DNA from: a virus
Lineage: Duplodnaviria > Caudoviricetes
DNA: 44,735 nt
Virus record (IMG/VR): IMGVR_UViG_3300020441_000009
Coordinates: 1 to 44,735 of that record
Reading direction: 5' to 3' (one strand)
The notes under the pieces are model-generated. The model was not told the origin of the DNA. It searched no databases and saw only the letters and a list, made by a program, of their open reading frames with translations. Shown in pieces: positions 22,122-30,568 of the stretch. Each line of letters starts with the position of its first letter. Within the stretch, counting starts at the first letter, position 1. A program made the position numbers and the translations under genes.

Positions 22122-22495
22122 TGACTGAAGATAATATCATTGATGTAACCCCTGGAAAGGAAAAACCTGCACACCTTACAAAAGGTGATGTTGAGAAAGA
22201 CTATGAATATACCAGAGGAAATCTATATTCAATTATTGAAAAAGGTCAGGAAGCAATTAATGGTATTTTAGAGCTAGCGCAGGAAAGTGAGATGCCAAGA
22301 GCATATGAGGTTGCTGGTCAATTAATTAAGAATGTTGCTGATGCTACTGATAAACTGATGACCTTGCAGCAGAAGTTAAAAGATGTGGAAGAAGAGAAAG
22401 TAAGTAAAGGTCCAACCACAGTCAACAATGCTTTGTTTGTTGGTTCAACAGCAGAACTCCAAAAATTACTGAAGAATAATAATCCTGATAAATAA
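22121..22495 (+). CDS. gp16: Terminase small subunit gp16
   Basis: 'DYEYTRGNLY', 'PRAYEVAGQLIK', 'NNALFVGSTAELQKLLK'. Confidence 0.92.
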   Translation: MTEDNIIDVTPGKEKPAHLTKGDVEKDYEYTRGNLYSIIEKGQEAINGILELAQESEMPRAYEVAGQLIKNVADATDKLMTLQQKLKDVEEEKVSKGPTTVNNALFVGSTAELQKLLKNNNPDK

Positions 22496-22652
22496 GGGCT
22501 CCCTCCCCCCTTCTTTATGAATAATGAAACTTCCAAATCTCAAACAAATGATGATTTCATTGAGATTACAAAGATGGCCTGTGTTGAATAAACAAGAACA
22601 AGATGAAATAGAAAGAAAGAAAAAATTGAAAAAACTTTATCCTGATAAATAA
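22482..22652 (+). repeat. 14-bp direct repeat ATCCTGATAAATAA (22482-22495 and 22639-22652), each copy containing a late promoter core
   Basis: Both copies read directly from the sequence; each encodes ...PDK* and contains GATAAATA (22487-22494, 22644-22651). Confidence 0.8.
22524..22652 (+). CDS. Small basic hypothetical protein (42 aa, not in ORF track)
   Basis: Manual translation MKLPNLKQMMISLRLQRWPVLNKQEQDEIERKKKLKKLYPDK*; fills the gap after gp16 and follows a late promoter core; no clear Shine-Dalgarno. Confidence 0.5.
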   Translation: MKLPNLKQMMISLRLQRWPVLNKQEQDEIERKKKLKKLYPDK

Positions 22653-22693
22653 TACATCAGGGAGAGAAATCCCAAAGTATTATTACTAATAGA

Positions 22694-25069
22694 ATGTCTA
22701 ATAAAGAAGACTTGCCGTCAATAAATGATTATCTAGAGGATAGTGAACTACCCTCTTATAAGGATTTTATTGAAGAAGAAAAAGAATTACCATCAGTAGA
22801 AGAATATAAGACCCATATTGAAGAAGAAACTATTGAAGATGCAAATGGAAACACATTTGCAGAGGTTATTGACGTCATAAAAGCACCAGAGTGGAAAGAA
22901 CTGGTCAAATTAGTCAATGATGTAAGGAAGGATATACCTGAAATACCTGAAATTAAGTCATATGATGAAGAAATTGGTGAAATAAGTGAAAAAATTGCAG
23001 AAATTCAAGAAAATTTCTCACAGTATGACCTTAAAAGTGACAAAATTTATGATCTTAAGGCAAAAAATGAACAATTTGAGGTAAAATTATCTGAAATTGA
23101 GCAAAAAATCCCTGAAGTTCCTGAAGTTAGGTACTATGAAGGTGATATTGAACACATTTATGGTAAAATATCAAGAATTAAGGAAGAAATTGATTCTCTT
23201 CCTGAGGTAAAATACTACGAAAATGACCTTTATGCTCTAAAAGCAAGAATTGAACAGGTCAATGAGAGCATTCCAACCTTTCCTGATTGGGTTCAGAAGG
23301 TAAATGAGGTCCCAGACTTCTCTTGGATTGGAAAAACCTTTGGAATTATTGATGATGACTTTAAAAAGGTGCAGGGACACCTTGATATTATCAAAGAAAA
23401 GATTGATTTAAGGGTTTCTGAGTTAAATGAGACTATTGAAGTCAAGGATTTTGAGCAAAAAGTTGATTTTAAAGATTTTAAGAATGTATATTCAGAATCT
23501 AAGGACAAAATCTATAAAGAACTCAAAGAAATTACTCTAAGAGTTTATGATCATAAGCATGAATTTAAAGATGATGACAGAAAACTAAAAAAAGCACTTT
23601 TAGGAGAGCAAAATAAACTAAAACAAACTCTTGAGACAGAAATCAAGAGAATTAACAAGGAAAGTGTTAAAACAGATGAGACAATTCTGTCATATTTCAC
23701 CAATTTAAAGGAAGAGGTAAGTAAAAAGTTTGATTCTCTTCCAGAAATCAAACATTATGACAATGAAATTGATTCACTTAAACAAGATGTCAAATTTGTC
23801 AAGGTAAGTGTTAAAAGTTGTCTTGAAGATATTAAGAAAATATCTGCAGATATTAAAAAAGCACAAGTTGATCTTGCTGAGGGTCTACTAAATGAACCAC
23901 CTAGTCAGAAGGAAACTGCTGGTGGACAAACTGATCCATTGACTCCTCTTGATCAGAAATTTGCGACTCTTGATGACCTGTCAAAACACTACAGGTTGTT
24001 TGTTAATAGAATTCAAACTCAACTATCCACCATGGGTGGTGGTGGAGCAGGATTTATAAAAGATCTTGATGATGTTACTTTTGATCAGACCACAGGAACA
24101 GGAAAACTTTTAATTTATAATGGTTCTAAGTGGGTTGGTATTGCAAGCACTGCTGTTGGTGGTGGAGATGCATCTACATTAGCAGAGAATGCAACTGGAA
24201 CAAATCTTGTACTCTCAGGAAACTTAAGTGTTGCTGGAATTGCAACTTATGAAGATGTTAAAAATATTGACTCTATTGGAATTGTCACCAGTAGAGATGA
24301 TATTAACATCATCAATGATAATAAAAAGTTAAATATTGGTGCTAGTGCTGATTTACAACTTTATCACAGTGTTAGTGGTGGTGGTCAGACTTCTTTCATT
24401 GATAACAATACAGGACCTCTCTTCATAAGAAATAATGTTAATGATGATGATGGTGGTAATATTATCATTCAGGCAAAGTCAGGCAAGTCATCTGCTGTAT
24501 TCCAAGATGATGAAGGTGTAAGACTTTATTATGATAATGCTGAAAAGTTTGAAACCATCTCAACTGGTGTCAATATAACTGGAGTAATAAGTGCAACCAC
24601 AGCAAGAATTGGTTCAGCTACAACATTCTCAGAGGATTTAGTAGTACAGGGTAATGCAAGAGTAACTGGTATTCTTACCATTGGAACAGGTTCAATTGTT
24701 CTTGATCCAAATGCCAAAAAGATTACTGGTGTAGATGAGATTATTGTTGGAACTGCAATCACAGTTAGTATAAAGCAAGATACTCAAGGTAATATTGCTT
24801 TTGAAAAAGAGGATGGCACAGAAGCATCAGTTGGTATTGGTACAACAGTTTCCATCAACACTACTGGTATCATAACTGCTGCTACCTTAAAAGCATCTAC
24901 TGCATTCTACCCTCCAATTTATACAACAGTGCAAAGAGATGCTGGTTCATTCAATGAAGGGGCAATTATTTTTAATACTACCAGTAAAAAATTAGAGTTC
25001 TATGATGGAACTTCTTGGATATCACTGCCTGGTATGTCTCTTGGTCTTACTGTAGCACTTGATGGTTGA
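22694..25069 (+). CDS. Chimeric structural protein: acidic coiled-coil N-terminus with PEVKYY-like repeats and a fibre-like C-terminus
   Basis: Repeats PEIKSYD/PEVRYYE/PEVKYYE/PEIKHYD; central 'DPLTPLDQKFATLDDL..HYRLF..RIQ.QLSTMGGGG'; C-terminal 'G.IIFNTT..KLEFYDG..W' fibre-type motif; own late promoter at 22644. Confidence 0.65.
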   Translation: MSNKEDLPSINDYLEDSELPSYKDFIEEEKELPSVEEYKTHIEEETIEDANGNTFAEVIDVIKAPEWKELVKLVNDVRKDIPEIPEIKSYDEEIGEISEKIAEIQENFSQYDLKSDKIYDLKAKNEQFEVKLSEIEQKIPEVPEVRYYEGDIEHIYGKISRIKEEIDSLPEVKYYENDLYALKARIEQVNESIPTFPDWVQKVNEVPDFSWIGKTFGIIDDDFKKVQGHLDIIKEKIDLRVSELNETIEVKDFEQKVDFKDFKNVYSESKDKIYKELKEITLRVYDHKHEFKDDDRKLKKALLGEQNKLKQTLETEIKRINKESVKTDETILSYFTNLKEEVSKKFDSLPEIKHYDNEIDSLKQDVKFVKVSVKSCLEDIKKISADIKKAQVDLAEGLLNEPPSQKETAGGQTDPLTPLDQKFATLDDLSKHYRLFVNRIQTQLSTMGGGGAGFIKDLDDVTFDQTTGTGKLLIYNGSKWVGIASTAVGGGDASTLAENATGTNLVLSGNLSVAGIATYEDVKNIDSIGIVTSRDDINIINDNKKLNIGASADLQLYHSVSGGGQTSFIDNNTGPLFIRNNVNDDDGGNIIIQAKSGKSSAVFQDDEGVRLYYDNAEKFETISTGVNITGVISATTARIGSATTFSEDLVVQGNARVTGILTIGTGSIVLDPNAKKITGVDEIIVGTAITVSIKQDTQGNIAFEKEDGTEASVGIGTTVSINTTGIITAATLKASTAFYPPIYTTVQRDAGSFNEGAIIFNTTSKKLEFYDGTSWISLPGMSLGLTVALDG

Positions 25070-25075
25070 TAAATA
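25068..25075 (+). promoter_or_regulatory. Late promoter (GATAAATA)
   Basis: Overlaps the upstream TGA; ends 23 nt before the ATG at 25099. Confidence 0.7.
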
Positions 25076-25098
25076 AAGAGAGACCTTATTTTATATCA

Positions 25099-26382
25099 AT
25101 GAAAAAGAAGTGTCCAGATGGAAAATATTATTGTTACACAGATAAAAAGTGTAAGGATATTCCAAGAGGGTTCAAAGTAGTTGGACCTGCTGGAATGCTT
25201 CGTAAAGAGAATGGTCACTCTGTTGATGATGATTCTGAAACCAAGAATGGTAAGAAGAATGGTAATGGCAATGGTAATGGCAATGGTGGTGCTGTAAGTG
25301 AAGATTTGAGAGATTGGTTTGGTTCAGGACCAAAAGGTGGAAAAGGTGGTGGTGGTTGGGATAGATACAACACCAAAGGTGAGAGAATTGGTAAATGTGC
25401 TAGAGGTGAGGGTGAAGGTAAACCCAAATGCTTGTCTAATGAGAAGGCAGCAAAAATGTCTAAAGCAGAAAGGGCAGCTGCTGTGAGACGTAAAAGAAGA
25501 GAAGACCCAGTTGCAGACAGACCAGGCAAAGGAGGAAAACCAATCATGACATCAAACAAAATTAAAGAGAGTTCCTCACCCATGGTGAGACAAATTCTTG
25601 AAAAGATTGAGTGTGAAAGAGAGTGGCTTCTTGTAGAAAAGAATGTTCCTACCAATCCTTCACTCTGGTCTAAATTCAAGGCACAAGCAAAAGCAAAGTT
25701 TGATGTCTATCCATCTGCCTATGCCAATGGTTGGGCTGCTAAGAAGTACAAGGCAGCAGGTGGAAGTTGGAAGAAAGCAACCAGTGAGAGTGTGCAGCAC
25801 AAACTGGAAGAAAAGAAAGGTTGTGCTCACAATGATGCTGGAGAGGAGTGTCCTGTTCATGGAGAAAAGGAGTGCCCCACTGCAAAAAAGATTGAGGAGG
25901 CAGTGAGAGTACCTGCCAAAACTGGTAATCTCTACCTTGTATCATTTACCTGGAAAGGTAAGTATATGATGATGAAGATCTTCTTCCCAGAAGTTAGCAG
26001 ACCTACAAGAACTGAAGTTCAGGATGCACTTGAAAAGGTATATCCTGGTTGCAAAGTGTCAAGATTTGACATGACACCATATGAACCTGGTGAACCCATG
26101 TTGACTATGGGAGAGGAAGTTGAAGAGGTTGAGGAGGGTGCTGCCTGGACAAAAAAGTCTGGAAAAAGTGATTCAGGAGGATTGAATGAAAAAGGTAGAA
26201 AGTCGTATGAGCGTGAAAACCCAGGAAGCGATCTTAAGGCACCTTCAAAGAAAGTTGGCAATCCTCGCAGAAAGAGTTTTTGTGCGAGAATGAAAGGTAT
26301 GAAGAAGAAGTTAACCTCTGCTAAAACTGCTAATGATCCTAATAGCAGAATTAATAAGTCCCTTAGAGCTTGGAATTGCTGA
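25099..26382 (+). CDS. Modular, highly basic hypothetical protein (427 aa); candidate capsid-internal protein
   Basis: ATG at 25099 preferred over TTG at 25066, which overlaps the late promoter. Several small Lys/Gly/Cys-rich modules, e.g. 'PSAYANGWAAKKYKAAGGSW' and 'RRKSFCARM...NSRINKSLRAWNC'. Confidence 0.75.
   Translation: MKKKCPDGKYYCYTDKKCKDIPRGFKVVGPAGMLRKENGHSVDDDSETKNGKKNGNGNGNGNGGAVSEDLRDWFGSGPKGGKGGGGWDRYNTKGERIGKCARGEGEGKPKCLSNEKAAKMSKAERAAAVRRKRREDPVADRPGKGGKPIMTSNKIKESSSPMVRQILEKIECEREWLLVEKNVPTNPSLWSKFKAQAKAKFDVYPSAYANGWAAKKYKAAGGSWKKATSESVQHKLEEKKGCAHNDAGEECPVHGEKECPTAKKIEEAVRVPAKTGNLYLVSFTWKGKYMMMKIFFPEVSRPTRTEVQDALEKVYPGCKVSRFDMTPYEPGEPMLTMGEEVEEVEEGAAWTKKSGKSDSGGLNEKGRKSYERENPGSDLKAPSKKVGNPRRKSFCARMKGMKKKLTSAKTANDPNSRINKSLRAWNC
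25258..25287 (+). repeat. Tandem hexamer (AATGGY)x5 encoding an NG linker
   Basis: aatggt aatggc aatggt aatggc aatggt. Confidence 0.85.
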
Positions 26383-26389
26383 TTAATTT

Positions 26390-28033
26390 ATGAGTGAAAT
26401 TTATCTTGGTAATCCTAATCTAAAAAAAGCAAATACTCAAATTGAATTTACTCAAGAAAATATTCAAGAGTATTTGAAGTGTAAGGATAACCCTGTCTAC
26501 TTTGCACAAAACTATGTCAAGATTGTGACTCTTGATCATGGTCTACAACCATTTAAGACCTATGACTTCCAAGAAAGACTCATCAACAATTTTTACCAGA
26601 ATAGGTTTAACATCTGCAAAATGCCAAGACAGACTGGCAAAAGCACGACTGTTATTTCTTTTCTGCTTCACCATGTCGTCTTTAATGACAGTGTTAATAT
26701 TGGCATCCTCGCTAACAAGGCAAGCACCGCTAGAGAACTTTTAAGTAGGTTACAGATTGCTTATGAGAACTTGCCCAAGTGGATGCAGCAGGGTATTCTA
26801 TCATGGAACAAAGGTTCATTGGAGTTAGAAAATGGCAGTAAGATATTGGCAGCTTCTACATCTGCAAGTGCTGTCAGAGGCATGTCGTTCAATATCCTCT
26901 TCTTGGATGAATTCGCGTTCGTTCCAAATCACATTGCTGATGCCTTCTTTGCATCTGTTTATCCTACTATTACTTCTGGTAAAAGCACAAAAGTCATCAT
27001 AGTTTCAACACCTCATGGCATGAACCACTTCTATAGGATGTGGCATGATGCAGAGAATGGAAGTAATGAATATATTCCAACTGATGTTCACTGGTCTGAA
27101 GTTCCAGGTAGAGATGATAAGTGGAAGAAGCAAACTATAAAAAACACATCTGAACAGCAGTTCAAGATTGAGTTTGAGTGTGAGTTCTTAGGATCTGTTG
27201 ATACTCTCATTGCACCAAGCAAACTTAAGAATCTAATTTATGATAATCCTATTCAGAGAAGTGCAGGATTAGATGTATATGAACCACCAAAGAAAAACCA
27301 TGACTATGTAATGTCTGTTGACGTAGCAAGAGGAGTTGGTAATGACTACTCTGCATTTATTGTCACAGATATCACAGAGTTCCCACATAAGGTTGTGGCA
27401 AAGTATAGAAACAACACCATTAAACCTATGCTTTTTCCAAATGTTATTTGGGAGGTAGCAAGAAAATACAATGAAGCATTTGTATTGTGTGAAGTAAATG
27501 ATATTGGAGATCAGGTAGCAAGTATTCTTCAGTATGACTTAGAATATCAAAACTTACTTATGTGCTCAATGAGAGGAAGAGCAGGACAGATTGTTGGGCA
27601 AGGATTCTCAGGAGCAAAAACTCAACTTGGATTGAAGATGTCCAAGACAGTTAAAAAAGTGGGTTCTTTAAACCTCAAAACATTGATTGAAGAAGATAAA
27701 TTATTCATTAATGACTATGAGATCATCTCAGAACTCACAACCTTTGTTTCTAAACATAATTCATTTGAGGCAGAAGAAGGATGTAATGATGACCTTGCCA
27801 TGTGTTTGGTCATCTATGCTTGGTTGGTTGCACAGGATTACTTCAAAGAATTGACTGACCAGGATGTAAGAAAAAGATTATATGATGAGCAGAAGAATCA
27901 AATAGAACAGGATATGGCACCTTTTGGTTTTATCAATGATGGTCTTGAAGATAATACATTTGTAGATGATGAAGGTGATAGATGGTTTACTGATGAGTAT
28001 GGTGACATGTCTTATATGTGGGATTATAAGTAA
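26390..28033 (+). CDS. gp17: Terminase large subunit gp17
   Basis: 'YLGNPNLKKAN', Walker A 'PRQTGKST', Walker B 'ILFLDEFAF', 'STPHG', nuclease motifs 'VDVARG' and 'DDLAM'. Confidence 0.97.
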   Translation: MSEIYLGNPNLKKANTQIEFTQENIQEYLKCKDNPVYFAQNYVKIVTLDHGLQPFKTYDFQERLINNFYQNRFNICKMPRQTGKSTTVISFLLHHVVFNDSVNIGILANKASTARELLSRLQIAYENLPKWMQQGILSWNKGSLELENGSKILAASTSASAVRGMSFNILFLDEFAFVPNHIADAFFASVYPTITSGKSTKVIIVSTPHGMNHFYRMWHDAENGSNEYIPTDVHWSEVPGRDDKWKKQTIKNTSEQQFKIEFECEFLGSVDTLIAPSKLKNLIYDNPIQRSAGLDVYEPPKKNHDYVMSVDVARGVGNDYSAFIVTDITEFPHKVVAKYRNNTIKPMLFPNVIWEVARKYNEAFVLCEVNDIGDQVASILQYDLEYQNLLMCSMRGRAGQIVGQGFSGAKTQLGLKMSKTVKKVGSLNLKTLIEEDKLFINDYEIISELTTFVSKHNSFEAEEGCNDDLAMCLVIYAWLVAQDYFKELTDQDVRKRLYDEQKNQIEQDMAPFGFINDGLEDNTFVDDEGDRWFTDEYGDMSYMWDYK

Positions 28034-28254
28034 TGGACTTTGATGAGCAGTTTAATCTAGGTCATCTACTGCTTGATATAAGAAAATGTAGAGTCTGTGG
28101 TGAGGAGAAAAATCTTGTGGATGGATTCTACAGAACAAGAAAAGATAGAGGACCAGTTGCTTCATCATATTCATATGAATGTAAGGAGTGTTGTAAAAAG
28201 AGAGTTGTTGCAAGAAGAGAGAAATATACAACTGATGTTTATCCAGATTGGTAG
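28033..28254 (+). CDS. Small putative Zn-binding protein (CxxC...CxxC)
   Basis: 73 aa; 'CRVCGEEK..FY...YECKEC'; TAATG overlap with the gp17 stop. Confidence 0.75.
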   Translation: MDFDEQFNLGHLLLDIRKCRVCGEEKNLVDGFYRTRKDRGPVASSYSYECKECCKKRVVARREKYTTDVYPDW

Positions 28255-28290
28255 TTCACTTCTTGTTTCCCCAATGAAACCCCTGAAAAT

Positions 28291-28298
28291 AATAAATA
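28291..28298 (+). promoter_or_regulatory. Late promoter (AATAAATA) for gp18-gp19
   Basis: TAAATA core upstream of SD AAGGAG (28321-28326) and ATG 28335. Confidence 0.75.
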
Positions 28299-28334
28299 TT
28301 TTTAGTTAATCTGAGAACTTAAGGAGATTATTAA

Positions 28335-30530
28335 ATGGCAACTCCTCAATTATCTCCAGGTGTATTGGTCAGGGAGATTGACCTTACAGTTGGTAGAGCT
28401 GATAATGTTCTTGATAATGTTGGTGCTATTGCTGCACCATTTAAAAGTGGTCCAATTGAAGAAACAATTCTGATTACTAGTCAGAGTCAGCTTGTTAATG
28501 TTTTTGGTAAGCCCCAAAACAACGATAAGCACTATGAGGATTGGATGGTTGCATCTGAATTCCTTTCATACGGTGGCACTCTCCAGGTAGCTAGAATAGA
28601 TGGTTCAAATTTGAAGAATGCAAATGCTGGTGTATCCATTGCTTCAACAAGCGTAAAAATCAAAAACTATGATGATTATGAAGAAAATTATTCTACTGCA
28701 TCTGATTGGTTCTATGCAGCAAGAGAAGCAGGTGAAATAAATACAAACCTTAAGGTCTGTACAATTGATAACTTTGCAGACCAAACAATTGGTATTACAA
28801 CCACAAGTCCTGTTGGTGCTGGTGCAACTGTTGGATTTGGTGTTACTGTACAACTGTCTTCAGTAAATACACCTGGTGCTGGAACAACCACTTCCTTCAC
28901 TGGTTACCTGAAAGGTATTATCACTGGTGTTACTACTGATACTACTTCTAATATGAAGAGTAGTATTGATGTAAGAATTCTCTCCAGAGTTTCTGGAATG
29001 GCAACTGATTCAGGAACTGAGTATCCTATTACTTATCAGGTAGGTAATCCTGGCAGATCAATTGAAGCTGCTGATACACTGACATTTGTAGAGGCAACTA
29101 CAGGTGCTAATGTTAAAACCATTGCTGCAGCAACTGCTGTTGACTGGTATGATCAACAGACACTTGGTCTGACAAATTCTACTATCTTCTGGAAAAATCT
29201 TGCCCCAAGACCTGTAACTAATAACTATGCTTCCACAAGAAGTGGAAAGAATGATGCAATTCACGTTGCAGTTGTTGATGATTTTGGAACAGTAACTGGT
29301 GTACAAGGGAACCTCCTTGAGACAAACTTCTTCCTTTCTAAGGCACTTGATAGTGAAGAGGATGGAAATGCTCCAATCAAAAACTACTATAAGCATTACC
29401 TTGCAAACAACTCTTCATTCATTTTTGCTGGTGCTAATCCTGGTTCAACCTTTGATGTTGTAAGAGGTCTTAATGCTCAGGCAAGTGGATTCTCATCAGG
29501 ATATACTAAAGTTACCACTGGTGCTGGTGCTTGGGGTCTTGATGCACAAGGAGTTACTTTTAATGTCCTTGGCAATGTAACTTACACTCTTGGTGGTGGC
29601 GCTGATTATAGTGCAAGTGGTGGAATGGCACCAACACTTGGTGATGTATTGACTGGTTACAAACTCTTTGAAAACAAAGATGAAATTGCTGTTGACTTCT
29701 TATTGATGGGATCATCATTCAATGATCAACTCTCAACTCAAGCAAAAGCAAATCTTCTTATCTCCATTGCTGAAGGTAGAAAAGACTGTCAGGCAGTTAT
29801 TTCTCCACATAGAGGCAATGTTGTTAATGTTTCTAACTCTACAACTGCCACAACCAACATTCTGAACTACTACTCACAGATTAGTTCTTCTTCTTATGCT
29901 GTTCTTGATAGTGGTTATAAGTATGTCTATGACAGATTTAACAATGAGTTTAGATACATTCCTCTAAATGGTGACATTGCTGGTATCATGGCAAGAAATA
30001 ATACTGTTTATCTGCCTTGGTTCTCACCTGCTGGTCAAGCAAGAGGAACTCTGAATAATGTTGTCAAGTTGGCATACAATCCCAACAAAGCACAAAGAGA
30101 TCAACTCTACAAAGCAAGAATTAATCCAGTCATTAACCAAAATGCTGCTGGTGCTATTCTCTTTGGTGACAAGACTGCCCTTAGCTACAAGTCTGCTTTT
30201 GACAGAATTAATGTTAGAAGACTGTTCTTGACAGTTGAGCAAGCACTTGAGACTGCTGCAAATGATCAACTCTTTGAACTGAATGATGCTGAAACCAGAG
30301 CAAACTTCATTAATATTGTTGAACCTTTCCTGACTGATATTCAGTCCCAGAGAGGAATTGAGGACTTTAGAGTCATTTGTGATGAAACAAACAATACTCC
30401 TGATATTGTTGACAACAATGAGTTTAGAGCTGATATCTTCATTCAACCTGCAAGATCAATCAACTTTGTAACTCTTACCTTTGTTGCTACAAGAGGTGGA
30501 ATTAGCTTCTCTGAAGTTACTGGAACCTGA
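28335..30530 (+). CDS. gp18: Tail sheath protein gp18
   Basis: 'LSPGVLVREIDLT', 'PWFSPAG..RG', 'RINPV', 'LFGDKT', 'FDRINVRRLF', 'IQPARSINFVTLTFVATR'. Confidence 0.97.
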   Translation: MATPQLSPGVLVREIDLTVGRADNVLDNVGAIAAPFKSGPIEETILITSQSQLVNVFGKPQNNDKHYEDWMVASEFLSYGGTLQVARIDGSNLKNANAGVSIASTSVKIKNYDDYEENYSTASDWFYAAREAGEINTNLKVCTIDNFADQTIGITTTSPVGAGATVGFGVTVQLSSVNTPGAGTTTSFTGYLKGIITGVTTDTTSNMKSSIDVRILSRVSGMATDSGTEYPITYQVGNPGRSIEAADTLTFVEATTGANVKTIAAATAVDWYDQQTLGLTNSTIFWKNLAPRPVTNNYASTRSGKNDAIHVAVVDDFGTVTGVQGNLLETNFFLSKALDSEEDGNAPIKNYYKHYLANNSSFIFAGANPGSTFDVVRGLNAQASGFSSGYTKVTTGAGAWGLDAQGVTFNVLGNVTYTLGGGADYSASGGMAPTLGDVLTGYKLFENKDEIAVDFLLMGSSFNDQLSTQAKANLLISIAEGRKDCQAVISPHRGNVVNVSNSTTATTNILNYYSQISSSSYAVLDSGYKYVYDRFNNEFRYIPLNGDIAGIMARNNTVYLPWFSPAGQARGTLNNVVKLAYNPNKAQRDQLYKARINPVINQNAAGAILFGDKTALSYKSAFDRINVRRLFLTVEQALETAANDQLFELNDAETRANFINIVEPFLTDIQSQRGIEDFRVICDETNNTPDIVDNNEFRADIFIQPARSINFVTLTFVATRGGISFSEVTGT

Positions 30531-30568
30531 TTTATTACAAGTAGTCATAACACAAAGAGGTAACACAA

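Noticed and set aside
22517-22591. Alternative 24-aa ORF MNNETSKSQTNDDFIEITKMACVE
   Set aside because: Shorter than the overlapping 42-aa frame, which fills the gap and ends on the promoter repeat; not strictly excluded.
25066-25098. TTG-initiated N-terminal extension of the modular protein
   Set aside because: It overlaps the late promoter itself; the ATG at 25099 fits promoter spacing.
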